The notes under the pieces: model-generated
The model's input: only the letters and a program-made list of their open reading frames with translations
The model's database searches: none
Told to the model about the DNA's origin: nothing
Virus record (IMG/VR): IMGVR_UViG_3300032334_001433
Location: 64,001 to 128,000 of that record
DNA length: 64,000 nt
Reading direction: 5' to 3' (one strand)
From: a virus
Taxonomy: Duplodnaviria; Caudoviricetes
Made by a program: the position numbers and the translations under genes
Shown here: piece after piece, positions 36,655-46,989 of the stretch
How the letters are laid out: each line of letters starts with the position of its first letter
Numbering within the stretch: the first letter of the stretch is position 1

Positions 36655-38347
36655 AACAGTATCATATAACGGAAATCCTAATCTTAAACCAATTGGGATT
36701 GTAGAGTCATATACGCATGAGCAGGTAAAAGAACTTATGCGTTGTATGCAGGATCCTGTTTACTTTATAGAAACCTATTGCAAAATTGTTTCATTAGATA
36801 AGGGTCTTATTCCCTTTAAATTATATGATTGCCAAAAGGAAAAAGTTGATGTCATATTAAATAATCGTAAGGTTATTTTAATGGAAGGGCGTCAACAAGG
36901 AAAAACAATTACTTCCGCCGCTTGTATTCTTTGGTATACATTATTTCAAGAAAATAAAACAGTCGCCATCTTAGCAAATAAATCATCAGCTGCTCGAGAA
37001 GTTCTTTCAAGATACGAATTAATGTATGAAATGCTTCCTATGTGGATGCAGCAAGGAGTAAAGACTTTCAATAAGGGCGATATTGAACTTGAAAATGGGT
37101 CCAAAGTATTTACTGCTGCAACCAGCGGCTCTGGTATTCGAGGTAAATCTGTAAACTGGTTGTATATTGACGAAGCAGCAATTATTCCAAATAATGTTGC
37201 AGAAGATTTCTTCACATCTGTGTATCCAACAATTTCCGCAGGTAATACTACAAAGATTCTGTTAACTTCTACTCCGTTAGGATACAATCATTTCTGGAAG
37301 TTTTGGAATGAAGCAGAACAAGGATTGAACGGATTTACTACTCTGTTTATTCCATATAGTAGAATTCCGGGCAGAGACGAAAAATGGGCCGAAGAACAAA
37401 AAGCAATGCTTGGAGAATTAAAATTCAACCAAGAAGTATTGTGCCGATTCCTTGGGTCATCAAATACCCTAATTTCTCCAGATACTATTTCTCAAATGTC
37501 CACAAAACAATTTGTGTTCACTAAGGATGGATTGGATGTATTGGTAGAACCTATCAGGGCAAAGAAAAAAGATGATGGAACTTTTGAGGGCATAAATCAT
37601 ATCTATATGTTGGTGGCGGATACTTCGCGAGGAGTAGGAGGAGATTACTCCGCATTTACAATCTTGGATATTACGCAATATCCCTATTCTGTAGTGGCTA
37701 AATATAGAAGTAATAAGGTTAGTCCATTGATGTTTCCAAACATCATATATAAAGTAGCAAAAGATTATAATAATGCATATTGTTTAGTTGAAATTAATGA
37801 TAATGGGCAACAGGTGGCGGATTCATTGTATATGGATTTAGAATACGAAAACGTATTCTTTGTTGGTCATAATAGCAAATCTGGGCAATATTTGTCTGGC
37901 GGATTCACCCAGGGCGCTGGTCTTGGAATTAGAACCACAAAACAAGTAAAACGTCTTGGATGTACGACATTTAAGAGTTTGGTTGAGGGAAAGAAGTTAT
38001 TAATACACGATCCTGAAATAATTGAGGAAATTTCTACATTTATTGAGGTTAGGGGTACTCATAAAGCGGATGAAGGATACCATGACGATTTGGTTATGTG
38101 TTTGGTTTTGTTTTCTTGGGCAACGAACGAGCCATTCTTTAAAGATTTAACTGATACTAATTTGAGGAAAGTACTATATGAAGATCAGTTTAAACAAATT
38201 GAAGAGAATTTGACTCCATTTGGTATCATAAATACGGGGATTCCAGAAAAGGAAGCGCCTGAAATTATTGGTGACGATGTTTGGTTTTCGCAAGATCCTG
38301 CAAAAGAACTTGAAAAACTTAAAACAAAATGGATGGAAAATGTCTAG
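36644..38347 (+). CDS. gp17: gp17 terminase large subunit
   Basis: YNGNPNLK, RQQGKT, YIDEAA, STPLG, DTSRGVGGDYSA and HDDLVM motifs. Confidence 0.97.
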   Translation: MSSKTVSYNGNPNLKPIGIVESYTHEQVKELMRCMQDPVYFIETYCKIVSLDKGLIPFKLYDCQKEKVDVILNNRKVILMEGRQQGKTITSAACILWYTLFQENKTVAILANKSSAAREVLSRYELMYEMLPMWMQQGVKTFNKGDIELENGSKVFTAATSGSGIRGKSVNWLYIDEAAIIPNNVAEDFFTSVYPTISAGNTTKILLTSTPLGYNHFWKFWNEAEQGLNGFTTLFIPYSRIPGRDEKWAEEQKAMLGELKFNQEVLCRFLGSSNTLISPDTISQMSTKQFVFTKDGLDVLVEPIRAKKKDDGTFEGINHIYMLVADTSRGVGGDYSAFTILDITQYPYSVVAKYRSNKVSPLMFPNIIYKVAKDYNNAYCLVEINDNGQQVADSLYMDLEYENVFFVGHNSKSGQYLSGGFTQGAGLGIRTTKQVKRLGCTTFKSLVEGKKLLIHDPEIIEEISTFIEVRGTHKADEGYHDDLVMCLVLFSWATNEPFFKDLTDTNLRKVLYEDQFKQIEENLTPFGIINTGIPEKEAPEIIGDDVWFSQDPAKELEKLKTKWMENV

Positions 38348-38358
38348 AACGCTATACT

Positions 38359-38366
38359 TATAAATA
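38359..38366 (+). promoter_or_regulatory. T4-type late promoter before gp18
   Basis: TATAAATA. Confidence 0.75.
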
Positions 38367-38416
38367 AATAGTAATCATAGTTATAAAACTATATAAAAAT
38401 CTTTAAGGAGAATAAG

Positions 38417-40144
38417 ATGGCATTTCAGCTTTCACCTGGCGTACTAGTACAAGAAAAGGATTTAACCGCAATAGTCCCTTCTGTTGCTACTTCAGCTGGC
38501 GGTTTTGCTGGCGCCTTCCAATGGGGACCTGTTGGCCTAGTTACCACTGTCGATTCTGAGAATAATTTAGTAAAATATTTCGGCGGACCTAATGATGCGA
38601 CGTATACATCTTTCTATACTGCAGCAAATTTCTTATCTTATGGTAATAATCTAAAACTTGTTCGTGTTGTAAACGAGGGAACAGCTAAAAATGCAATTGC
38701 CAATACAAGTGCAAATGCAATATTGATTAAAAATATTGATGATTATATCAGTACTAGAGCAAATGGCGGAAACGGTGTAGGAGAGTTTGCTGCGAAGTAC
38801 CCTGGAGATATAGGAAATACCTTAAAGGTTTCAATGGTTGATGGAAACACTTGGAATGCTTATAATGGATTTTCTGGAAACGCATGGGCATATCAATCCG
38901 AATTTAATTCTGCTCCTGGAACATCTACAACTACAGCTTCGCTTGGCGGATCAAACGACGAATTGCACGTTGTAATTATTGATGAAGAAGGTGTTCTAAC
39001 TGGTGTAAGAAATACTGTTTTAGAAAAATTTGCATTTGTATCCAAAGGTTCTGATGCTAAGAAAACAGACGGATCTTCAAATTATTATAAAGATGTAATT
39101 AACAATCAATCTGCGTATGTTTGGTCTATGGACCACCCATTAACTTCAGTTGCAAATACTGCAACATGGGGTACAACAGTTATTGGTAAAGCATTCGGAA
39201 ATCTTAGCACAAATGTATCAGTTTCGTTTAGCAAAGGCGTTTCTGACGAAGCAAATATTTCTGCAGGTAACGTAATTGCAGGATTTAATAACTTCTCAAA
39301 TGATGAGTTGTATGATATTAATCTAATTCCTGCAGGTCCTTGGTCAAATACAGCATCAGTTGTTTCTAATCTAGTTGCAATTGCGGAAGATAGAAAAGAT
39401 TGTGTAGTATTTGTATCACCTAGTTTTGAATCTGTTGTAAATGTTTCTCCTTCTACTCAAGCAAGCGGCGTTGTTTCTTGGAGAAATAATACATTAAATA
39501 TTAATTCTAGTTATGCTGTTATGGATTCCGGATGGAAATATCAGTATGATAGATATAACGACAAATATCGTTGGGTGCCATTAAATGGCGACATTGCTGG
39601 TCTATGTGTGAGAACTGATTCTCTAACAGATCCTTGGTTTAGCCCAGGCGGATTCTCTAGAGGTCAAATTAGAAATGTTGTTAAACTAGCATTTAATCCT
39701 TCTAAGACGGATAGGGATACATTATACAAAGCAGGTGTTAATCCTGTAGTATCCTTCCCCGGTCAAGGAACAATTCTATACGGCGACAAAACTATGTTGT
39801 CAAAACCTAGCGCATTTGATAGAATTAATGTTCGTAGATTGTTTATTGTATTGGAAAAAGCAATTGCAACTGCTGCAAAATTCCAATTATTTGAATTTAA
39901 CGATCCGTTTACAAGAGCACAATTTAGAAATCTAATAGAGCCTTTCTTAAGAGATGTTCAAGGTCGACGTGGCATTACGGATTTCAAAGTTGTTTGCGAT
40001 GACACAAACAACACCGGTGATGTAATTGATAGAAATGAATTTAGAGCAGACATATTTGTCAAGCCAGCACGTTCTATTAATTTCATATCATTGACATTTA
40101 TTGCTACAAGATCGGGCATTTCGTTTGAAGAAGTTGGCGCATAA
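38417..40144 (+). CDS. gp18: gp18 tail sheath
   Basis: SPGVLVQEKDLT, WFSPGG..RG and FDRINVRRLF motifs. Confidence 0.96.
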   Translation: MAFQLSPGVLVQEKDLTAIVPSVATSAGGFAGAFQWGPVGLVTTVDSENNLVKYFGGPNDATYTSFYTAANFLSYGNNLKLVRVVNEGTAKNAIANTSANAILIKNIDDYISTRANGGNGVGEFAAKYPGDIGNTLKVSMVDGNTWNAYNGFSGNAWAYQSEFNSAPGTSTTTASLGGSNDELHVVIIDEEGVLTGVRNTVLEKFAFVSKGSDAKKTDGSSNYYKDVINNQSAYVWSMDHPLTSVANTATWGTTVIGKAFGNLSTNVSVSFSKGVSDEANISAGNVIAGFNNFSNDELYDINLIPAGPWSNTASVVSNLVAIAEDRKDCVVFVSPSFESVVNVSPSTQASGVVSWRNNTLNINSSYAVMDSGWKYQYDRYNDKYRWVPLNGDIAGLCVRTDSLTDPWFSPGGFSRGQIRNVVKLAFNPSKTDRDTLYKAGVNPVVSFPGQGTILYGDKTMLSKPSAFDRINVRRLFIVLEKAIATAAKFQLFEFNDPFTRAQFRNLIEPFLRDVQGRRGITDFKVVCDDTNNTGDVIDRNEFRADIFVKPARSINFISLTFIATRSGISFEEVGA

Positions 40145-40159
40145 TAACGGAGAAACCAA

Positions 40160-40720
40160 ATGGCATTAGAAACGATTCCTTTTAATATAGATCAATTTAA
40201 AGCAAGATTGGGCGACGGCGGTGCCCGTCCAAATCAATTTAGAATTGACATACACTTCCCTTCGGTTGCTCAACCTGCAGGTATTCAATCTGATATATCA
40301 AGTTATTTGGTTAATATTGCAGAATTGCCTGGCCAGACAATTGGAGTTACTCCTGTTTATTACAGGGGCCGCGAAATTAAATTGGCCGGAGATAAAGTAT
40401 TTGCGCCGTTTACTTGTACTATTATTAATGACAGTGATTTTACTTTAAGAAATGCTTTAGAAAGATGGATGAATCTTATGGAAAGCAATACTGCAAAGAC
40501 TGGCGAAATGGCACCTTTGTTATATCAACAAACTATTGATGTTGTACAATTGAATAGAAAAGGCGTTGCAATTCGTCAATACAATTTAAGAGATGCATTC
40601 CCAACAGATATTTCTCCAATTGGATTAGATTTTGCGGCTAACGATCAATTATCTACATTCTCTGTGACATTCCAATATCAATCGTTTACCGTACAATCTT
40701 TGACTAGCAGCATTGTATAA
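40160..40720 (+). CDS. gp19: gp19 tail tube
   Basis: GGARPNQF, YRGREIKLAGD and FSVTFQY motifs. Confidence 0.93.
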   Translation: MALETIPFNIDQFKARLGDGGARPNQFRIDIHFPSVAQPAGIQSDISSYLVNIAELPGQTIGVTPVYYRGREIKLAGDKVFAPFTCTIINDSDFTLRNALERWMNLMESNTAKTGEMAPLLYQQTIDVVQLNRKGVAIRQYNLRDAFPTDISPIGLDFAANDQLSTFSVTFQYQSFTVQSLTSSIV

Positions 40721-40740
40721 TTTATTTTTGGATTTAAATA

Positions 40741-42276
40741 ATGGAAATTAATATATTCGGCTATACAATTAGCCGTGATAATGATGTGAGTAAATTGGCA
40801 CGAACACAATCGTTTGTGCCACCTACTACTGAAGATGGAACCGCAACTGTACAAGGCGGCGGTTACTTCGGAACATACTTAGAAATGGATGCAACTGCGA
40901 AATCGGAGGCAGAATTAATTACCCGATATCGCGAAGCATCTATGTATGCTGATTGTTCTACAGCAATTGATGAAATTGTAACCGAGGCAATTGCAGCGGT
41001 TGAGGACGAGGCGGTTGTACAAATTAATTTAGATGCTCTTGATGTTCCTGATAACATTAAGAAGGCAATCGAAGATCAGTTTAGCATAATTGTTAGACTT
41101 CTTGGATTTAACCTAAAAGGATTTGACATATTTCGCAGATGGTATGTAGATGGTAGAATTTATTATCAAAAGATTATTGATGAGAAAAATCCTAAAAAGG
41201 GAATTATTGAGTTAAGACAAATTGACCCACGAAAAATTCGTAAGGTCAGAGAAATTAAAAAAGATAAAGATCAAAAGACGGGCATTGATCTTATTAAATC
41301 TATTGAAGAATTTTTCATCTATAATGAAAAAGGTATAAATTATCAGCCAAATTATCAAACTGCAGCGACAGGTGCAAATCAAGGTCTACGTATATCTTTG
41401 GATTCTGTTAGTTATGTGCCATCTGGGTTGAATGATTCTGAGAAGAATGTTGTTTTAAGTTATTTACATAAAGCAATCAAACCGGTGAATCAGTTAAAGA
41501 TGATGGAAGATGCGTTGGTAATCTATAGATTGTCAAGAGCCCCTGAAAGAAGAATATTTTATATTGATGTTGGTAATTTACCTAAATTAAAAGCTGAGCA
41601 ATATCTTAAGGATATTATGGCTCGCTATCGTAATAAGATTGTTTATGATTCTGCAACAGGCGAAATCAGAGATGATCGTAAATTTATGTCAATGCTTGAG
41701 GATTTTTGGTTACCTAGAAGAGAAGGCGGCCGCGGCACTGAGATTACTACATTGCCGGGCGGAGAAAATCTAGGACAAATTGACGATATTCATTATTTTC
41801 AAAATAAATTATATCAGGCATTAAATGTTCCTTTATCAAGAATGCAACCACAACAGGGTATTTCTTTTGGTAGAGCAACAGAGATTACTAGAGATGAATT
41901 AAAATTTGCAAAATTTGTTGGCAGACTTCGTAAGAAGTTTAGTCAATTATTTCATGATATATTGAAAACGCAGTTAATTTTAACTGGTGTTATTACTGAA
42001 CAAGATTGGGTTGAATTTAAAGAAGTTATCCAATTTAAATTTGCACAAGATCAATATTTTGCTGAAATGAAAGATGCGGAAAATCTTCGTAATAGAATTG
42101 ACGTATTAAATCAGATGCAACCATATGTTGGAACGTATTTTAGTAAGGAATATATAATGAGGAATGTTTTGAGAATGACCATTGAGGAAATTCAAACAAT
42201 GGAAAAACAAATGGCAGCAGAGCCTCCACCTACATTAGGTATGGATGGACAACCTTTAGAACAACCGCAGGGGTAA
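40741..42276 (+). CDS. gp20: gp20 portal
   Basis: RRWYVDGR, YRLSRAPERRIFYIDVGNLP and LEDFWLPRREGGRGTEITTLPGG motifs. Confidence 0.97.
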   Translation: MEINIFGYTISRDNDVSKLARTQSFVPPTTEDGTATVQGGGYFGTYLEMDATAKSEAELITRYREASMYADCSTAIDEIVTEAIAAVEDEAVVQINLDALDVPDNIKKAIEDQFSIIVRLLGFNLKGFDIFRRWYVDGRIYYQKIIDEKNPKKGIIELRQIDPRKIRKVREIKKDKDQKTGIDLIKSIEEFFIYNEKGINYQPNYQTAATGANQGLRISLDSVSYVPSGLNDSEKNVVLSYLHKAIKPVNQLKMMEDALVIYRLSRAPERRIFYIDVGNLPKLKAEQYLKDIMARYRNKIVYDSATGEIRDDRKFMSMLEDFWLPRREGGRGTEITTLPGGENLGQIDDIHYFQNKLYQALNVPLSRMQPQQGISFGRATEITRDELKFAKFVGRLRKKFSQLFHDILKTQLILTGVITEQDWVEFKEVIQFKFAQDQYFAEMKDAENLRNRIDVLNQMQPYVGTYFSKEYIMRNVLRMTIEEIQTMEKQMAAEPPPTLGMDGQPLEQPQG

Positions 42277-42279
42277 ATT

Positions 42280-42450
42280 ATGGATACATCAGAAGTTATT
42301 AGACATATGGTAGACGACATTTTAGCAGACCGTTCAAATGACGCAGTTAACAGATTCAACGATGCTATAGGATTTAAGTTATCTACCGCATTGGATGATA
42401 AAAAACAAGAAATTGCTGCTAGCATAGGCAAGGAAAATGAAGAAGTTTAA
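42280..42450 (+). CDS. gp67-like small prohead core protein (56 aa)
   Basis: Hand-translated MDTSEVIRHMVDDILADRSNDAVNRFNDAIGFKLSTALDDKKQEIAASIGKENEEV*; post-portal position. Below the ORF-track cutoff. Confidence 0.7.
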   Translation: MDTSEVIRHMVDDILADRSNDAVNRFNDAIGFKLSTALDDKKQEIAASIGKENEEV

Positions 42451-43270
42451 TCAATTCAGAGAAGATTCTTTATTAGAAGTCTTAAAGGCTTCTGATCCAA
42501 CGGGTAAATGGATAGACGATTTCGTTCATTCAGACAATCCAAAATTTGCTGGTAAAAGCAAAAAAGAACGTATTCGTATGGCCCTTGGTGCTGCGTACTC
42601 TGCAAAAAGAAATGAAAGTGTAGATGAAGCCATTAATGCTGCACAACAAGCTGCCATTGCTATTGCTAAGAAAAAGAAAAAAGAAAAAGTAGCAGAAGCC
42701 AAAGATGAAGGCGAATATAATTATGAAGGCGCCATGGCAAAAACACAACTACAAACAATTTGTAGAAATGCTGCAGACTTAAGAGACATGCTTGAAGATG
42801 ATGAAAATCTTCCAGAGTGGGTACAAGCAAAAATAACAAAAGCAGAAGATTATATTACAACATCATTGGATTATATGAAATCTTCTGAAGAATTAGGTGA
42901 AGAAGTTGAAGAGTTAGATGAATTATCAAAAACTACCTTAGCCGACTACGCAAAGAAAGCAGCTAGAAGCGCTACAACTAAACGCAAAATAGCAGCAGAT
43001 TTTGAAAATAAAAGCGCGCGCGCAAAAACCCCAGGCATGAAACAGGCAAGTGCTAGATTGTCACAAGACTATAAAGAACAATCTTGGAAAAGACACGACA
43101 ATGTTAATAAGGCGATTGACCGTTTAGCAAAAGAAGATACCGAAGTTGCAGAAGCACGTATGAGTGCTGCTCAAAGATTATGGAATGCAGAAAATAAACA
43201 GCGTGCCAAAAGCGATGCTAGTTTAGCTCGTACGCCAAGTAGTATTCCGAAACCCGAAGAGAAAAAATAA
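42437..43270 (+). CDS. Modular internal head/prohead core protein
   Basis: Short helical modules separated by Glu-rich linkers; lies between portal and protease. Confidence 0.55.
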   Translation: MKKFNQFREDSLLEVLKASDPTGKWIDDFVHSDNPKFAGKSKKERIRMALGAAYSAKRNESVDEAINAAQQAAIAIAKKKKKEKVAEAKDEGEYNYEGAMAKTQLQTICRNAADLRDMLEDDENLPEWVQAKITKAEDYITTSLDYMKSSEELGEEVEELDELSKTTLADYAKKAARSATTKRKIAADFENKSARAKTPGMKQASARLSQDYKEQSWKRHDNVNKAIDRLAKEDTEVAEARMSAAQRLWNAENKQRAKSDASLARTPSSIPKPEEKK

Positions 43271-43279
43271 GAGGACAAA

Positions 43280-43696
43280 ATGGCGGTAACAACCACAATA
43301 CTTAAAAATGTAAGACAACAAGCAGTTGTTAAATTCATTGGTAGCGGAACTGCTAACGTAGATTTGAGAGCAGATCTTACACAGCCTGAAGAAACTTTCT
43401 TAGGTTTTGCTAATACAAATGTTTCAATTAAAACGGTAATGTGGAGTACCACTGATTCAATTTCTTCTCCTATTTTAGTACAAAGAGGAGTTACTGCAGC
43501 TTCTGCATCAAATGTATTAATATTATACGGCGGAGCATCTGATTGGGAATTAGATCAAGGTGCAGGTTTTGTTGATGATGTTAGTGCAAATGCAAATATT
43601 ACAGTTCAATTGCCTGCAACTGGCGGAATGTTATATTTAGTATTAGGTAAAAAAACGGGATATGAAGGTCCTAATTTCCAAACTGCTCCAAATTAA
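43280..43696 (+). CDS. Hypothetical head-region virion protein
   Basis: AGAGGA RBS; beta-rich 138-aa ORF. Confidence 0.6.
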   Translation: MAVTTTILKNVRQQAVVKFIGSGTANVDLRADLTQPEETFLGFANTNVSIKTVMWSTTDSISSPILVQRGVTAASASNVLILYGGASDWELDQGAGFVDDVSANANITVQLPATGGMLYLVLGKKTGYEGPNFQTAPN

Positions 43697-43709
43697 TATA
43701 GGAATTTAA

Positions 43710-44360
43710 ATGAGATTAATTACAGAAGTAGCACAAGACCTGCAATATTTGGTTGAAGATAAAGCAGGCGGCGGAAAAAATGTCTTTATTGAAGGCATTT
43801 TTATGCAAACTGAACAACCAAATCGTAATGGTCGCTTATACAAACGCGACATTATGGAAAAAGAATTAAGTAGATACCAAAAGCTTATTGATGAAAAAAG
43901 ATCATTAGGCGAATTGGGTCACCCTGCAAACCCAACATTAAATTTGGATAAATGCTCTCACCTTATTACTCACTTAAGATTTGAGGGCAATAATGTTATG
44001 GGTAAAGCAAAAATTTTAGAAACACCAATGGGAAACATTGCTCGTAACTTAATCGAGAATGGCGTAAGACTCGGTGTTTCTTCTAGAGGATTAGGTTCAT
44101 TAAAACTTAATAAAGAAGGTGTAAATGAAGTACAAGATGATTTTCATCTTGCAACCGTAGACATTGTTGCTGATCCATCGGCCCATGATGCTTTTGTTCA
44201 AGGCATTTATGAATCTGCTGAATGGATATGCGAAAACGGTCTTTGGAGATCAGTTGATGTCGAAAAAGCACAAAGAACATTAAAGGGCGCATCTAAGGGA
44301 CAGTTAGAATCTGTTAAACTAAAGATGTTTGAAGAGTTTATGTCTAGAATGTCTAGGTAA
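43710..44360 (+). CDS. gp21: gp21 prohead protease
   Basis: IEGIFMQ, NRNGRLY, GELGHP, GVSSRGLGS and DIVADPSA motifs. Confidence 0.96.
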   Translation: MRLITEVAQDLQYLVEDKAGGGKNVFIEGIFMQTEQPNRNGRLYKRDIMEKELSRYQKLIDEKRSLGELGHPANPTLNLDKCSHLITHLRFEGNNVMGKAKILETPMGNIARNLIENGVRLGVSSRGLGSLKLNKEGVNEVQDDFHLATVDIVADPSAHDAFVQGIYESAEWICENGLWRSVDVEKAQRTLKGASKGQLESVKLKMFEEFMSRMSR

Positions 44361-44367
44361 GTAAACT

Positions 44368-44375
44368 TATAAATA
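44368..44375 (+). promoter_or_regulatory. T4-type late promoter before gp22
   Basis: TATAAATA. Confidence 0.75.
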
Positions 44376-44404
44376 ATTTGAAACAATCCATTTAGGAGAC
44401 ACTA

Positions 44405-45532
44405 ATGTCAGTAGAAAGCAAAATCAAACAATTGCTAGAGCAAGTAAATGCTAAAGCTAGCTTAGAAGAAGCAGATGCAATGAGCCCTAGCTCCCCAAAA
44501 GATTCTTCAATCAAAGCAGCAGTTAGCGGCGACGCTTCTATGCCAAGACAAGGCGGATCCCAAGACGCTGGACCCGAAGAAGATCGCGATGAGAAAGAAG
44601 AAAACCAAGGTGCTATTGCAGCTAAAAGTATTAAACAAAATACTTTAACAGCAAACGGCCCTGGCGCTACTCCTAATTTCCAAACAGTTGGCGATGCAGC
44701 TTCCGTAGTTAATCAGCAAAGTTCTGCAGGCAACACCCCTGTTGGTGAAGAGTCTGAAGAGGAAGGCGAAACAATTGCTGAAGAGGAAACATCCGGCATT
44801 ATTGATTTATCCCCAATTTTTGGCGATGATCTATCTGAAGATTTCAAAGCCAAAGCAACATCTATTTTTGAAGCAGCAGTTATTGCTCGCGTAAATTCAG
44901 AAATGGATAAAGTAGCTGCATCGTTGGAAGAAAAATATGCAGCAGATGTTGCAGAATACAAAGATGGCATTGTTGAAAAAATTGATTCATATCTTAACTA
45001 TGTAGTTGAGAACTGGATGAAAGAGAATGAACTAGCTCTAGAAAATGGTCTTCGCACAGAGATTGCAGAAGATTTCATGTCTGGACTAAAGGTACTATTC
45101 AAAGAACACTACGTTGAAGTGCCTGAAGAAAAATACGATGTAATCGGTGAACTACAGGAGAAGGCTGAAGAACTAGCTGCAAAACTAGATGAAGCTATTA
45201 GCCACAGTGTAGAACTTAATAAAGAAGTCACTTCTTTAAAGCGTGCTGCAATTATAGAAGAATTGTCCAAAGATCTAGCTAATACAGAAGCTGCAAAATT
45301 GGGCAAATTGTTAGAAGGTGTTGATTTTGAAAATGAAGATCTTTACAGAGAAAAAGTTTCTGTAATTAAAGAAAATTATTTTCCAAAGAACGTTGTAACA
45401 GAAGGTAAAGTATCTGTTCAATCTCAGCAAACTCTAACAGAAGACAATGATGTTCCTACTGAAATTTCAGAAGGATCTTCTACTGTTTCTGTATATGCGC
45501 AAGCGCTTTCAAGATCAATTAAAAGAGCGTAA
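44405..45532 (+). CDS. gp22: gp22 prohead scaffold
   Basis: LSEDFKAKATSIFEAAV, YLNYVVENWM and KVSVIKENYF motifs. Confidence 0.92.
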   Translation: MSVESKIKQLLEQVNAKASLEEADAMSPSSPKDSSIKAAVSGDASMPRQGGSQDAGPEEDRDEKEENQGAIAAKSIKQNTLTANGPGATPNFQTVGDAASVVNQQSSAGNTPVGEESEEEGETIAEEETSGIIDLSPIFGDDLSEDFKAKATSIFEAAVIARVNSEMDKVAASLEEKYAADVAEYKDGIVEKIDSYLNYVVENWMKENELALENGLRTEIAEDFMSGLKVLFKEHYVEVPEEKYDVIGELQEKAEELAAKLDEAISHSVELNKEVTSLKRAAIIEELSKDLANTEAAKLGKLLEGVDFENEDLYREKVSVIKENYFPKNVVTEGKVSVQSQQTLTEDNDVPTEISEGSSTVSVYAQALSRSIKRA

Positions 45533-45561
45533 TTTTCACGCTACTCATCAAGGAGAAAAAA

Positions 45562-46857
45562 ATGTTTTTATCGGAAAACCTACAACAAAAATGGCAAGCC
45601 ATTCTTGAGCACCCAGATCTTCCAGAGATCAAGGATAGCTACAAGAAGGCTGTTACTTCTGTTCTTTTAGAGAACCAAGAGCGTTCATTACGTGAAGAGC
45701 GTAATGCATTGTTCGAGGCAGCTCCAGGCAACAATATCAGCGCAACTGGCGGTATTGACAAGTATGACCCAATCATGATTGGTTTAGTTCGCCGTGCAAT
45801 GCCTAACTTAATGGCATATGACATTTGCGGTGTTCAGCCAATGACTGGTCCAACAGGCTTGATCTTTGCAATGAGATCTATGTATAGCGGCGAGCGTGCT
45901 AATACTTCAACACGTACAGAAGCATTGTTCAACGAAGCAAATACATCGTTCTCTGGTAACGCAGTTAGCACAACAGGTAATAACCCAGTTTCTGGTACTT
46001 ATACAACTGGTGCAGGTACATCTACAGCAACGGCTGAAGCTCAAGGTACATCTGGCGGTCAAGCATTCAACGAAATGTCTTTCAGCATTGATAAGACAAC
46101 AGTTACTGCTAAGTCACGTGCGTTAAAAGCAGAGTACACAGTTGAATTAGCACAAGACTTGAAAGCAATTCATGGTCTTGACGCTGAAGCAGAATTGTCA
46201 AACATTCTATCCCAAGAATTCATGTTTGAAATTAACCGCGAAGTTGTTCGTACAATCTATGGTGTAGCTAAACCAGGTTCTCCTGCAACAGCGACCGCAG
46301 GTACATTTGACTTAGACGTTGATTCTAACGGACGTTGGTCTGTAGAGCGTTTCAAAGGTCTATTGTTCAACATTGAACGTGATGCTAACCACATTGCACA
46401 AGACACACGTCGTGGCAAAGGTAACTTCATCGTTTGCTCTGCAGACGTTGCAAGTGCATTAGCTATGTCCGGTGTTCTAGACTATGCTCCAGCATTGAGC
46501 ACAGGTCTAAATGTTGACGATACAGGCAATACATTCGCAGGTGTTCTAAATGGACGTTACAGAGTTTATATTGATCCGTATTCTGCAAATCTAGGCGCAT
46601 CAAGCCAATTCTACATGGTTGGTTATAAGGGTTCTTCTCCTTATGATGCAGGTATGTTCTATTGCCCATATGTTCCTCTACAAATGGTTCGCGCAGTTGA
46701 TCCTAACAGCTTCCAGCCAAAGATTGGCTTTAAGACACGTTATGGTCTAATTGCTAACCCATATGTTGTTAACTCAGCAGGCGCAAATGACGCAGATAGC
46801 TTCACAGCTAACCGTAATCAATACTATCGTCGTACGCAAGTATTGAACTTAATGTAA
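45562..46857 (+). CDS. gp23: gp23 major capsid protein
   Basis: LVRRAMPNLMAYDICGVQPMTGPTGLIFAMR, KSRALKAEYTVELAQDLKAIHGLDAE and FQPKIGFKTRYG motifs. Confidence 0.98.
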   Translation: MFLSENLQQKWQAILEHPDLPEIKDSYKKAVTSVLLENQERSLREERNALFEAAPGNNISATGGIDKYDPIMIGLVRRAMPNLMAYDICGVQPMTGPTGLIFAMRSMYSGERANTSTRTEALFNEANTSFSGNAVSTTGNNPVSGTYTTGAGTSTATAEAQGTSGGQAFNEMSFSIDKTTVTAKSRALKAEYTVELAQDLKAIHGLDAEAELSNILSQEFMFEINREVVRTIYGVAKPGSPATATAGTFDLDVDSNGRWSVERFKGLLFNIERDANHIAQDTRRGKGNFIVCSADVASALAMSGVLDYAPALSTGLNVDDTGNTFAGVLNGRYRVYIDPYSANLGASSQFYMVGYKGSSPYDAGMFYCPYVPLQMVRAVDPNSFQPKIGFKTRYGLIANPYVVNSAGANDADSFTANRNQYYRRTQVLNLM

Positions 46858-46924
46858 TCAAAAATTACATTGATAAAGCCGGCATTAAGACCGGCGTATA
46901 TCTACAGTCTACAGGCTGTTCTTT

Positions 46925-46950
46925 AAAAGGGGGGATTTTTCTCCCCTTTT
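46925..46950 (+). terminator. Intrinsic terminator after gp23
   Basis: AAAAGGGGGG-ATTTTT-CTCCCCTTTT. Confidence 0.7.
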
Positions 46951-46956
46951 CTGCCT

Positions 46957-46964
46957 TATAAATA
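46957..46964 (+). promoter_or_regulatory. T4-type late promoter before gp3
   Basis: TATAAATA. Confidence 0.7.
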
Positions 46965-46989
46965 TAAGTATCAGTAGAAGGTGTTTTAA

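Noticed and set aside
42192-42431. 79-aa minus-strand ORF
   Set aside because: Antisense to the plus-strand 56-aa gp67-like gene at 42280-42450, which fits T4 synteny.
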